A stretch of 64,000 bases of DNA. It comes from Antedon mediterranea. Taxonomy: Eukaryota > Animalia > Echinodermata. Shown here in pieces: positions 13,601 through 26,374 of this stretch. The stretch spans positions 8,028,201 to 8,092,200 of the forward strand of contig NC_092679.1 in assembly GCF_964355755.1 (NCBI RefSeq), in the 5' to 3' direction. Under the pieces are notes generated by a model that did no database searches, had not been told where the DNA came from, and worked only from the letters and a program-made list of their open reading frames with translations. Made by a program: the position numbers and the translations under genes. Numbering within the stretch: position 1 is the first letter of the stretch; each line of letters opens with the position of its first letter.

Positions 13601-13656
13601 AGTAATAAAACAAATCCACAAACTTGGCTTAACACCAACAGATTACCAAAACCCAT
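10598..13656 (-). CDS. TMEM179: Transmembrane protein 179-like; 4 exons (13656-13358, 12907-12773, 12490-12406, 10753-10598)
   Basis: Phase-consistent GT-AG exons; motifs FEGKCLLF, WGASGYCNF, GFMSWC, FGLWFS and C-terminal SLMRERQRLL; four hydrophobic segments; AATAAA at 10343-10338. Confidence 0.85.
10838..12348. mobile_element. TTAA-specific non-autonomous transposon (Kolobok-like) in TMEM179 intron 3
   Basis: TIRs AATGGACCTGAAATGGA(T/A)TTTCGATTTT, with TTAA on both sides (10834-10837, 12349-12352). Confidence 0.8.
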
Positions 13657-13952
13657 TATGAAAGATTTTCAATTAATTTTTATAAATAAAACTTTAAATG
13701 TAGAAAACAGCTTGAAAACAGTCATCACAAACTCTCTACTGTCTAGGCCTAATCGATAGCCGAAAAATGAGAGTGAAAAACAACTGTCTAAAGGGGGCGT
13801 AAATCACAAATAATCCACACACAAAAAAAAATAAAAAGAGACTCGAGTGAAGTCCGCCCTCAAGTTATAGCCATGGCGCGGCGCGGCGTTGCGCTATTTC
13901 TTTTTCGCAGGAATCGAACCGAGCCGAGACTCGAAAGAGCAGCTGATTCAAC
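13657..13952. promoter_or_regulatory. Bidirectional promoter TMEM179/PRPF39
   Basis: Divergent start codons ~300 bp apart; CpG-rich; GC-box-like GGGGCG/CCGCCC motifs. Confidence 0.7.
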
Positions 13953-16900
13953 ATGGAAAATAAGGAGTCTGAAAATAATCTAAGTAATCCGTTATTTGAT
14001 AAAGAATTATTTAGTGATCCAGCTGGAGGTAATTGAACTTAAGATATTTGTGATTTAATTTGAATTAATTTTGAAACATAATAATATATATTTGCTAGGA
14101 TTAGTATGAGTAGGCCAGGCATAAAAATTGAACTGTGTGTGTTTTTTGTGCAAGAGGGCCTCACGCGTACTCGCTCGATTAGATGGCGTAGGCGTAGGTA
14201 GGTAGGCCTGAACTAGAAAAGTAGAAGAAGCCTAGGCTTTATGAATTTACTTCTGCTCTTGCATTATTATTGTATTGGTCCTACCTTTATTAGTAGTACT
14301 GTATAGTAACTAATGGCCTACCTACACAATTATTAGGCCTACCTAGTTTTAAATTGTGCTGCTTTTAAAATAAAAAACAACATTTGCAAACAAAAGTACA
14401 CCTATGTTCTCACCAGCATGTCATAAGAGGTGGTCGGCTGACTGATGGTACTCTTGAACGTAAAATTTATCTGTAGTTTGGCATCCGTAAACATAGACCG
14501 TGGCAAAAACCCTGTATGTATTAGATTATGTGCATGACTACTGTAATTTTGTTGCGTTTTTACTTTCCCAGATAATGGAATTGGTGGTGATAACCTAATA
14601 GTAATCGATGAATTAAGTTTTGGAGGTGATGGTGACCTTGAGCCTCCATTCCAAGAGCAGCTAGAAAACTTTTTAGAGTCTACTGGAGTGGAAGAAACAA
14701 TTGATCCACCAATTGCTGGTGCTTCTGGTGAAGAAAGTAATGCAAGTACTATAGTATCGCAAACTGAGCAGGAGGAACCTATGCAAGTTGCAGAAGATAC
14801 TGCAAAGAGTGTTGTGGTGGAGCAGACAACCACTAACAAGGAAAATATAAAAAGTGAAGGTGCTGATGACAGTGAGGTTCAGAATATGGAAGCTGTAAAG
14901 GAAGAGGAAACACCTAAAAAGAAAGAGGAAACAACTGGAAAAGAGGCAGAAATGGAAGTAGCAAAACCTGAAGTAAAAGAAGAAAGTAAGGATGTTGATA
15001 TGAAAGATGAGGGTGAATCTGCTAAACAGGAAGTAGTAGATGAAAAGAATAAGGACAATGATAAAGAAACAGAGGCAAAACCAGGTGATAAAACAGAAAT
15101 TAAGGAGGAAAAATCAGATGAAAAAGAAGACAAGCAGGAAATTAAGGATGAAAAACCTAATGATACAATGACAAAAAAAGAGAGAGATGCTAAAATAAAA
15201 AGTGACAAGATTTCTCAAGAGCTGGAACATCACTGGAAAGCCGTAAACAAAAACCCAAGTGACTTTACGTCTTGGAGCTATTTTCTGCATTTTGTAGAAA
15301 CTGGGGTAAGTATTCACTTACAGCAATTAGTATCCACTTACAGCAATACTCTGTCATTAGTTTTTAATTTTGTTGTTGTATTAAAATGAAATTAAAGATT
15401 AATGTTAATTAGCAAAAAATGTGTTTTGTTGCAACAGGGTCATCTTGAACCAGCCAGGAAGGCATTCACAGAATTTTTTAGTCGATACCCATACTGCTAT
15501 GGATACTGGAAGAAGTATGCTGATATGGAGAAGAAAAATGGGAATTTAGACAAAGCAAAGGAGGTAAGTAGCTAATCTAATCCATCCTAATCAAACTAAC
15601 ACCTTTTGCATTGCAGGGCATAACCATTTACTTCTAATTTTCTATAGATAGGCTCTAATCACTATTTCCAAATTTATTTGTTTAGCTGGTGATCTGAAAA
15701 TGGTAAGTAGTGTTCCAAAAGATCCGGAGTTTCTATAGCCAAGTGAGTTTCTATAGGCAATTACCGGTACAAATGGTCCGTTTATGGTCCACAAGATTTC
15801 ATATGAAAGTTGTTGACTCCCATTTTTTGCACAGGAAACTTTAGCAGATTTCAATAGTCAGAGCAACGTGGAACATTTTCTGGAAGCACGTGCTTAACTC
15901 GGCAAAGACAATGGAGTGGTCAATGCACAGGTTTTTTTCATTTCTTGTTTATGCCGATATCCATTTTTCTAATCGGTCAGTAATAGCTAGGCAGCTTTTT
16001 TGGAATGTCTTTTAGACATCGAAATTGGCAAGCTAGTATTAAACTGATAGATTGTATTCGCATGCATCCTGATCATTTATTTATTAATTATCTATCAGTT
16101 TTTACTAAGCTTGTTTTTTACTTTGTACAATGTTTTTAAGATGTTGAGATGTTATATTTGCAGGTTTTTGTACAAGGTTTGAAAGCAATTCCCCTAAGTG
16201 TTGAATTATGGATCCATTTCATCAACTTTACAATGCAGAATACCAAGGAAGATGAGGAAAGAGTTGAAACTATCAGAAAGTATAAACATAACATTATTTA
16301 GTTTACATATTAGAAATAATCTTGTTTATATACCTAACCCTTTATTTTTTAGGACTAAATAAAGGTTTCACTGATAATCCACATTCAAAATATTTACCAT
16401 TAATCAGTCCAAAATACTGGTCTTCTTTGGAGCAGGGTTTACAGCAGTATAGTACATTCTACATTTTTTTTAAATGAAAAGAACAGCAACATGTGATACA
16501 ACAATGTCTTTTGTTACTTTTGAAAACGGTTATACTTTAGTTTTTTTCAATTGATGTGTTTAACTTTCCATTTAAATGAATGTTATTACTGTAGTATTCT
16601 ACATATGTAAGTTTATTTATTGTTGTTTGTAGACTCTTTGAACAAGCTATTGAAGCAGCTGGAACAGATTTTAAATCCGATAAACTTTGGGATATGTATA
16701 TCAAATTTGAAAGAGAGCAGAAGGATGCAAAACGACTGACTCACATATATGATCGACTGATTCGAATTCCCACACAACTCTACAGTCATCATTTTGAGAA
16801 GTGAGTGAATACATTTTTAATTTCATCTTATTAATTTGTATACTATTCAACCAAGAGGAGTAAGGAGTACTGAGAGAGTTAGGGTTAAACGAATAAATTT

Positions 16901-19900
16901 GGTTAATAAATGAGGCGCTCCAGCTCAAAATCAGCATCCAGATCAGTTTTTTTAATTCCTATCTTTTTATAAATTCCTATTCTTTACATATTAAGCTTTA
17001 CAATGATATATCATACATTAAATTTAGTTGAACCTATCCAAAGTTATAAGCAGAAAACTAAACAGCACTTTCACTAAAAGGAAATCCAGGTTTTAGAGGA
17101 AAATGACTTTGAAATCAACAGAGCGTAAACTGTGCTGGTTTTGGAAAAGGACAGTCAAAACACCATAGCAACAGTAAAGTTCCCATTGTCTGATTCTAAA
17201 GAAATTTTGCACACACAATAACAATACAATAAAGAACATTAGTTGTTAAAATCATTAATTTATTTCAACATTATCATTTTCAAAACCAGTATTTTCTCAA
17301 CTGAATGCCAACAAAATGAAGGTCGACAAAGCATGACACTGAGAAAATTTATATACACATTTTTGAATTACTGTATTAAATGAAAGTATAAAATAAAAGT
17401 ATAAATAAAAGTATATTAATAAATTGCTATTAAAGTTATTGCCCTGTTAAAAAAGTTAAACCAGTATGAGATGATCGTCAAAAAATTTCATTTAATAGAA
17501 AAGTGAATAGATTGCACATTAAAATATAAATACAAAACAAATAAAAATTAAAATATTTGACCAGTTAAAATTGCCGCAACTGTCACTTAAAATCAATATT
17601 AATTTTATTTCAAATAAATAAATTGCTAATTCTTCCTCAAATTGTTTTAGGCAAACGTTTTTGTCGGGTCCGTTACCACATCTGCAGCGTTTGAATGATC
17701 GGATTTTCTGCAGTTCTCATTTTGAATGTTACACCAATCTGCAGTTTTGTCACAACTAAAGAAAAACAAATACAGTCAGTTTAATTTAACAAACAAGCAT
17801 GAATGTATTTGTAAAAATCAAATAAAATGTACTTACAGAGGCATTTCATTACATCTAAGGACGTCTACCCTCTGGATAACGGGTATAGGATGGCCATTCT
17901 CCACTTCGTTATCGTCAGCAAAAAGTACTAGACCTAGGCTAGCTAGGGCTAGGCCTAGTTGGTCATCATGAGTTGGTTGAGATTACTTCAGCATCCTCAT
18001 TATTAAAATAAAACCAAAATCATTGGCACCATTTAACGTATCTAGAATTTCCTTAGGCGGGTCCTTCCGAGACATTACGAACGTATTGCGAAAAATCAGT
18101 AATATAAATAATAGTTATCGCTCGCTAGATGAATAAAGTATGTTTTCGTGAGAATTTCCCTGGAACATGTGTTGTTCGATCTACTTCGCGCAGGCGCGGT
18201 AGCCAGATCGAAGCGTAAACATAGCAAATGCGCATGCTCAGTAATGATGTAATGAAAATTGACCAATCAGCAACGTAGATTTTGCAGATTTGTTTGGGCA
18301 AGATAGCAACAACAAGACGGCAATAAGACGATGTTTAATTGGTTAGAATAATATTTTTCCAACGAATCAAGGGCAGGGTTAGATAGAATAAAATCTAAGC
18401 TTTCTGCCGATACCAAACATGGCGGAGTTTGCGAAGGAGAAAGCCGATGATACTTCTAGCGAAAAATGGAGTATTTTATTGTCGTTCGGGTACATTTTTG
18501 TTTTCAGATATTTTAAAAGAAACACACTTCAAAGATTACGGAATTTAACACATTTTTATTTATTGGTTCATAATAAGACTTCGTGGGTAGGTAAAACACA
18601 TATCAATAATTCATATTATGTAAAAAAAATTAAATTGAAAATTTTTTCAAATTCGCTGAAATTGAACTTTGTGATAGTTATTACATAGGTTGGTCTATTG
18701 CGACACAGCGCCGCTTTTGAGCTGGAGCGCCTCAAATGTCTCACTAGACTCTGAATTTGTTTTCCATTACAGTGCCTGAGCATCAATAGGCAATGTCTTG
18801 AACATAAAACAAAATGCGATAATAGTAATAACACAAAAAGTTCTGTATACAGTATCAAACTTTATGTGACAACAGAATATGCATGATGTCATATCACTTG
18901 TATTTGGGCATATCACTACTGCATTTAAGCATATTTCTACCATATTTGGGCACATTACATCTTAGTCACAAAAATTACCTTTTGCAAGGTTCAAGAAACA
19001 CCTAAACAGTCAACCAATCAAAGATGTTCTGTCAGACGCTGAACATGAAAAGCTTCGACTGGAATTTCTTGACGACATTGAAGCTGAGCTTGAGGCGTCT
19101 ATGAAAGATGATGAAACGGATATCCCAGGCGGAGATGTTGCACCCCCAGGCCTTGATGATGCCCCACCAGGAGTAAGCGATGAACCCCCAGACGACCAAC
19201 AAAAAAAGAGTACTATTAAAGAGGTTAGTAACACAGTGATCATTTGAGCTGAAGATAAATAACTAAATTTAACATTTATAAATTATTATACAAATAAAAA
19301 AGCAATTTTTCCCGAATGTTCAGTGTATAGAACCACTTTCCTTGTTTTTGAAGAAATTTGTTTTTTTTAATTGTTTTTTATTAAAAGTATATGTGATATT
19401 GTAAGTGATTTTGAGATTTAAAAAAATTTCTATATTAGTTTTTGGGTCAAAATACGTACTTTGACGTATATTTTACTGAATAATTAATCTTTATAGATGA
19501 AAAATGAAGGAGATCAAATTAAAGAAAAAGCGTTGAAAAGTCGCAATGCAATTCATAAAGAAACTGAACAGGAAGTGAGCAAGAGATGGACTTTTGAAGA
19601 AGCTGTAAGTTAATATTTAATATGTGTGTCACCATCCACCATATGCATTAGTTATACCCATCCTACAATATATACAAGTTTATACTTTTAGAGGGAGCTA
19701 ACAATAAATAAGAAATATACTGGTGGTGTAAATCCTATTGTCCTTTTTCTTTCAGATTAAAAGACCTTATTTCCATGTCAAGCCATTGGAGAAACCACAA
19801 CTTAAAAACTGGATTGAGTATCTAGATTTTGAGATTGCTGAAGGAATGTTAGAACGAGTGGTGATTCTTTTTGAAAGGTGCCTTATTGCCTGTGCTCTCT

Positions 19901-22900
19901 ATGAAGACCTTTGGCTTAAGGTAATTATGTCATACTTTCTTTATGTTAAGTACCTAGAGTATGTCATGTTATCGTTGGCATGAAATTTGCTGTTCAATAT
20001 ATATGTTTTAGGTTTAAACCATTCACACTTAATTTGTTATATTATGGCAAGTTTATGGAGCCCCACAGTATTGATGGAGTATGTCATGTTATCGTTGGCA
20101 TGAAATTCGTTGTTCAATATATATGTTTTAGGTTTAAACCATTCACACTTAATTTTTTTTAGTATGCCAAGTTTATGGAGCCCCACAGTATTGATGGAGT
20201 GCGTTCAGTTTACACAAGAGCTTGTACCATCCATCTTCCAAACAAGTTAAACATTGTATCTCACTGGGCTGCATTTGAAGAAACTCAAGGTACATGAACA
20301 TTTATTTATTTTAGTACAGTAAGTTGTGTGAATGTATTAAGTCATAATTATTTGATCATTTATGTTGTAATTTTAATTACTTTTTAAGGAAACCATGAAA
20401 AGGCTCGTGAAATCTTAGAAGACCTTGAGAAACGACACCCAAAGTCCACACTCATCATCCTGCGTCAGATCAACTTTGAGAGGCGAATCGGATGTCATGA
20501 CAACGCTATCAAGATTTTTAAGAAAGCTCTACAAAAAGCCGAAAACAACAAGAAAGAATTTGTTTTCTTCAGTAGCAAACTTGCGAGATATCAGCATAAG
20601 GTTTGTCATTCATTCATCAACATCTAAAATAAAGAAACTAGTATTTTGTGTATTCAATGTAGATTTATTAGCAAATTTATTGTTTTATTAACCGTTTTAA
20701 TACTTAATTCCTGCAGATTTTAGGAGACTTTGACAAAGCAAAAGAAGTATTAAACTCTGCTTTAAAGAAAGACTTGGTAAGTAGATTGTTACAATCTGAA
20801 TTAGGTCTATTTATGTGTAGGGAGTAATGTCACAATGTTCCTTATCTTTTGACCAATTTTGTAACCATGTTTTCTTATAATGTGCACAGGACAATGCAGA
20901 GATATACCTGCAGTTGTTGGACCTTGAGTTCCAAAAGTTTCCTCCAAATGAATACAATGTGATGGAACTCTTTCAAATGATTCAAACATCAGGATTGGAT
21001 GCTTCAACTAAGTTCATGTTCTCACAGAGGAGGATGGAATTTATTTTAGACTTTGGACAAGATGTCAAACAGTAAGTTGACAAGGTTCTTTGTACTGGCA
21101 TTGTAGCTTCCTACAGTTGGCAGGTTTATAAGTTTGATTTGTCTATTTTAATAAACACAGAATTATTAGTTATCCGCACTTGGCGGATAACTCCTTGTGA
21201 TTGTATGGGATCATCATTTTTTTTTTCTGTATTATTGGTTATCCGCAACCGTAAGGTATTGTGGATAACCCTTGTTATTGTAAAGATCTTTTTTTTTTTC
21301 ATCTTCTTTGTTCTTCTTTCTTTCCCGGAATTTTGTTGCACGCATATCTCTCATCCTTGTCAACATAAGATTGTATAACTTTGTCATAAGATTGAACTGT
21401 AGCTGTAGATGTGCAGGAAACTTAGTTATATGACGTTAGAGTCGCGTAGCGTAAGTTACGCGCGATTTTATGAATTTCAATGATTGGTCATAGATTATAA
21501 ACCAAAAGTCATTTTGTATTGACACTTGGTGAAAATTTAAGTCATAAAGGGCAAACTTTCTATGGATTAAAAATGGCATGTTTCACAAGAAGTTACGCGC
21601 GCACGCGCATTTAAAGTTTCAAAATGCGCAAAATTAATTTCTAATCAAATTTCTACGCTGATCATGACATTTTGAGCATTTCAAAAATTCCCGCGCGGGA
21701 AAAAAATTTAATGTTGTCAAAATTATGCCTATTTTGAATCTTTTATAGCTTCTCAGGATCAACGATTACCCCTAATTTTTTTAACTTAATATGTAAGCAG
21801 ATATGTTGTAGATATGAATTCATGCAGAATTTTTACCTCACGGATGTTGTGACGTCATCATATGGCCACACGAATGTAAAATATAGGATTTTTTTGTCTT
21901 TCGTTATTGCTCATCACATTCAATGGAGCGCATCACGCTTATACGTATTCCTTTTTCTCCGAGATTTTAATATTGTCCAGGTCAATCAACTATCATTCGC
22001 ATGAGATAAAAATATTTTAATTTTTATGACGTCATCATGCCTAAAAATTTAAATTACGTGGGTCATTAATTTCATCTTTACAGTAAAGTTTAATCTGTAA
22101 TAGCCTGTAAAAATAAAATGTGATAATCACGATTAAAACATTTTCTGGAAGCTATTGGATTGTAGATATGAAATCATGTGAACATTTTGCCAATCAAATG
22201 TTGTGACGTCATCATATGGCCAGTTAAATAAAAAAAGTCGTAATTTCATCTTTTGCATCATAGTTCATTTTATTTAAAAGAGCGCGCATCAATATTTAAC
22301 GTATTCAAATTTCTTCTACACGTTAATATGTTGTTGCTGAGATAATTTCCTTCTGAAATTGCTATCTTAGTGTTTCATCTTGATACCGTCGCCATGTTAC
22401 AAATTTGAATAAATGGCGGGTCCCGTAATTTCACCTATTCTACACTGTATGGATTGTAATATGTATACAGATTATACTGTTTATACTGTATATACTATAT
22501 GACACAAAATTGACAGAATTCAGCACTAACAACATATTCTTCAGATCAGGTCATAATGCCATAATCTTTTTCCGTGTGCAAAATTCCAACGTATGACTTG
22601 CGCGTGGCGTTTGTCGTGCGGATAACTAACTCGTCAAAGTGACGAGTTTCATGTCTAGTTTTAATTTATTCTAGCATCATTTTTATAACAATAATTTTTG
22701 TAATTAATATTTTATATTTTTTAGGTTGTTGCAAGTGTTTTCCGAGAACCAGAAAATGCTAAAATTGCAGCAATTGGCCCAAAAGAAAAGAGCAGCTTCA
22801 GAGAGCACCTCCGAGTATGTTATTAGATATCTTTTATACAAATTAATATCCCAGTAATGTATTGAAAGGACTGTAGTAATGTCTTGAATTCATTAGAGGT

Positions 22901-23504
22901 TTCATATATTTAACTTTTGCTGTATTGTACAGTATTAATGATAGTTTCTTTTTTCCGTTCAGAAATGCAGCACCACCAGAAAAGAAAGCAAAGACTGAAG
23001 CCAAAGCATCTGGTGATGGTGCCACATCTTCGGATGTCTCATTAGCCCAGAACCAACAACAAGCACAGGTACAGCAGTCATACCAGCAACCAATGCATCA
23101 AAACAGACCACCACCACCACAGCAGATGATGCCGCCTTATCAACAACAAGGATATAACTATGGTTGGAATCAGTACAACCAACCACCAGTGAGTACTACT
23201 TCATATACTTTTTCAGTTAATACGGATTGGACCCCATTGGAAATAAGTTTACTTTTATTTGTCGACTTAATGGGTTATCCTGGTATTCTTTTTGTACATT
23301 GTATATTTTAACTTTTGTGTATGAATATCGAATAAAATCAATCAATCATATGCTTGTATTTTAGCCAAGTAAATGATTGGATTCAATGATTTTTTACACT
23401 GATATTTTTGTTCAGTTTTTGGGTAGTAATTTGTTGTTTCTTTTATGCAGCACAATGCTTACAACTACCAACAGTGGGGTGGCTACAACCAAGGATACTA
23501 TTAA
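13953..23504 (+). CDS. PRPF39: Pre-mRNA processing factor 39 (HAT repeats); ~15 exons (13953-14028, 14572-15305, 15438-15563, 16164-16279, 16633-16801, 18989-19223, 19497-19604, 19756-19920, 20163-20289, 20389-20600, 20717-20775, 20890-21071, 22725-22814, 22963-23188, 23451-23504)
   Basis: Motifs [63 protein letters not shown]; acidic N-terminal extension; Q/Y/P-rich C-terminus ending [14 protein letters not shown]. Confidence 0.93.
16912..18733. mobile_element. Sola-like non-autonomous transposon in PRPF39 intron 5
   Basis: Perfect 19-bp TIRs GAGGCGCTCCAGCTCAAAA; 4-bp TSD AAAT (16908-16911, 18734-18737); GAG termini. Confidence 0.8.
19957..20200 (+). repeat. 120-bp tandem duplication spanning a PRPF39 intron/exon acceptor
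   Basis: Two copies offset by ~120 bp with GAGT microhomology at the junction; the upstream copy has TAT where the used copy has the TAG acceptor. Confidence 0.9.
21163..22660 (+). mobile_element. HINE (Helentron-type) family B in PRPF39 intron 12
   Basis: subTIR AGTTATCCGCAC with 5' inverted copy; 3' GTGCGGATAACT, then stem-loop AACTCGTCA-AAG-TGACGAGTT and CTAGTT; related copy at 61612-62459. Confidence 0.8.
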
Positions 23505-24772
23505 GCACAGACTCAACTACCAACAGTGGGTGGCTACAACCAAGGATAATATTAAGCACAGACTCCACTACCAACAGTGGGTGGCTACAACCAAGGATAC
23601 TATTAAGCACAGACTCAACTACCAACAGTGGGTGGCTACAACCAAGGATACTATTAAGCACAGACTCAACTACCAACAGTGGGTGGCTACAACCAAGGAT
23701 ACTATTAAGCACAGACTCAACTACCAACAGTGGGTGGCTACAACCAAGGATACTATTAAGCACAGACTCAACTACCAACATTGGGATGCCTACAACCAAG
23801 GATACTTAAGCACAGACTCAACTACCAACAGTGGGTGGCTACAACCAAGGATAATATTAAGCACAGACTCAACTACCAACAGTGGGTGGCTACAACCAAG
23901 GATACTATTAAGCACAGACTCAACTACCAACAGTGGGTGGCTACAACCAAGGATACTATTAAGCACAGACTCAACTACCAACATTGGGATGCCTACAACC
24001 AAGGATACTTAAGCACAGACTCAACTACCAACAGTGGGTGGCTACAACCTAGGATAATATTAAGCACAGACTCAACTACCAACAGTGAGGTGGTTTCAAC
24101 CAAGGATACTATTAAGCACAGACTCAACTACCAACAGTGGGTGGCTACAACCAAGGATACTATTAAGCACAGACTCAACTACCAACATTGGGATGCCTAC
24201 AACCAAGGATACTTAAGCACAGACTCAACTACCAACAGTGGGTGGCTACAACCAAGGATAATATTAAGCACAGACATAACTACCAACAGTGGGTGGCTAC
24301 AACCAAGGATACTATTAAGCACAGACTCAACTACCAACAGTGGGTGGCTACAACCAAGGATACTATTAAGCACAGACTCAACTACCAACAGTGGGTGGCT
24401 ACAACCAAGGATACTATTAAGCACAGACTCAACTACCAACAGTGGGTGGCTACAACCAAGGATACTTAAGCACAGACTCAACTACCAACAGTGGGTGGCT
24501 ACAACCAAGGATAATATTAAGCACAGACTCAACTACCAACAGTGAGGTGGTTTCAACCAAGGATACTATTAAGCACAGACTCAACTACCAACAGTGGGTG
24601 GCTTCAACCAAGGATACTATTAAGCACAGACTTAACTACCAACATAACCATGGATATTTAAGCACAGACTCAACTACCAACAGTGGGTGGCTACAAGCAT
24701 GGATACTATTAAGCACAGACTCAACTACCAACAGTGGGTTGTATTACCATGTATACTTAAACACAGACGCCT
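23462..24772 (+). repeat. 51-bp minisatellite (~25 copies) founded on the last codons and stop codon of PRPF39
   Basis: Unit CAACTACCAACAGTGGGTGGCTACAACCAAGGATACTATTAAGCACAGACT; the first copy is the coding one (GTGGGGTGG); a variant unit recurs every ~203 bp. Confidence 0.97.
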
Positions 24773-25259
24773 AAATGAAATTCACAATATAGTGGTGTAC
24801 AGAAATTCTTCTAAAACCTTGTACAGTATTTCTTTATTCACGTTATTATGTCTTAATCATGAGTGAGATTCAAATTAATTTTATCTCATCTCAAAATTGT
24901 GTTTGTTTCATGACATTTGCATGTCCTGTAAACAATACGTAATTCCATATAACTCAAGTGTGTTATGCTACCGTGAATGATTGGCCTTATCCAGATTAGT
25001 ATTATCGATTTTTTTAATCAATTCACAATGGTGTTCAGATTGGACGTATTTTTGGTTTGTCTTGGAGCATAAATTCGTCTACCTTGTGTCCAAGTTGGAT
25101 TAATAAAGTTCTCGTCTTTCAGAAGTTTGGCCCTTTTCGCGTTGAGATTTTCCTGTATATTGTAGATACTTGTTTGTACCCTTTAAGTTTCTTAATTATA
25201 ATATACCCTCTTTGGTGTTGGTATTGGTTTAACTACACTATTATTGTAATGTATATTGG

Positions 25260-25503
25260 ATATCTCAACTTATACCCTTTTCAGATGTGCATAAATTGTT
25301 ACGATTTGTAACCAGGTTTGATCTTCTGATTTACGCGAACCTGTAATTGCACGCTATTTGATCACTATGACTGATCGTTTAATACCAGGGAAAATCACAC
25401 GCAGTAATAACTCGGGGATATTTTCCAACAAATTGTATTCACACTATGCAAACCTGGTTACAATTTGCATTTTCAGATGTGAAAAGGGTATTAGTTGAGA
25501 TGT
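25260..25503. mobile_element. Short MITE
   Basis: Imperfect TIRs ATCTCAACT(T/A)ATACCCTTTTCA and an internal inverted pair TGTAACCAGGTTTG / CAAACCTGGTTACA. Confidence 0.65.
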
Positions 25504-25593
25504 ATTTTACTATGCCATCGGTTTTTGTAAATTTTTGGTTTTAAATTTGCTTTATGTATAGAAGGTCGCCATTATTTTAATTTTCACTGGCAG

Positions 25594-25888
25594 CAATAGA
25601 GAGAAATGGCGCCAGTAATGAATACTATAGGCCTAGTCTAATGTAGACATGAGATATTTTTAGGAATATGATTGTGAATGATGGATGACTTTTATACATA
25701 TTTCATTGTTTTATTGTGTAAATACACAAATACAACAAGAATTATGATCGTTACAGCAACAACATCGGTTAGACGACGCCATGATTCACGCGTATAAACA
25801 TAGGAAATGTGTTGCCCTCAACGGTTTGTTATGATTTTATACCCACTCGATCGGATTTTAGACGTCTGTTCGCCATTTCTCTCTATTG
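25594..25888. mobile_element. MITE with CA termini (P-like), TSD not preserved
   Basis: Perfect 18-bp TIR CAATAGAGAGAAATGGCG / CGCCATTTCTCTCTATTG. Confidence 0.65.
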
Positions 25889-26374
25889 TATTATGTAAAT
25901 GTATGTAAAATATAGTACTGTATAACTCTACACACCTGCATAATAAAGAACATCTTTGCAATCATGTTATTACATACTACAGAACAACCAAGCAGGGAAG
26001 TGCGATTTGATTAAACATTATTATAGGTTCTGAAGAATAGCTGCATATCTAATAAAAACTTAACATTTGATCCATGTGTTGTAAATGTACCAGAAAGTTT
26101 CTGTAATAAATGCATCACACACTAAAGTCTATTAAAAACATAACACATCAAGTTTACCATTACTGTATTTTCATATTCAGTTGCATATACTGTACCTACA
26201 TCATTTTTTAGGCATTTATTCTTAAAGACATGATTTAACCAAAGGCACATACTTTCGAAACTAACTTTACAGTCTTGACAATTACTGAAATATGCCAGAA
26301 TACAGTTCATCTTTACAACTGACTGGTAAGGCTCTCATAATTAGAACACTGTAGAGAAAGTTATCTTAAAAAAT

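Noticed and set aside
14402-15317. Minus-strand Ser-rich ORFs
   Set aside because: Antisense shadows of the E/K-rich PRPF39 exon 2.
23462-24772. CRISPR-like regular array or a standalone repeat-protein gene
   Set aside because: Units are contiguous with no unique spacers, there are no cas genes, and the context is eukaryotic. The ORFs arise because 51 is a multiple of 3.
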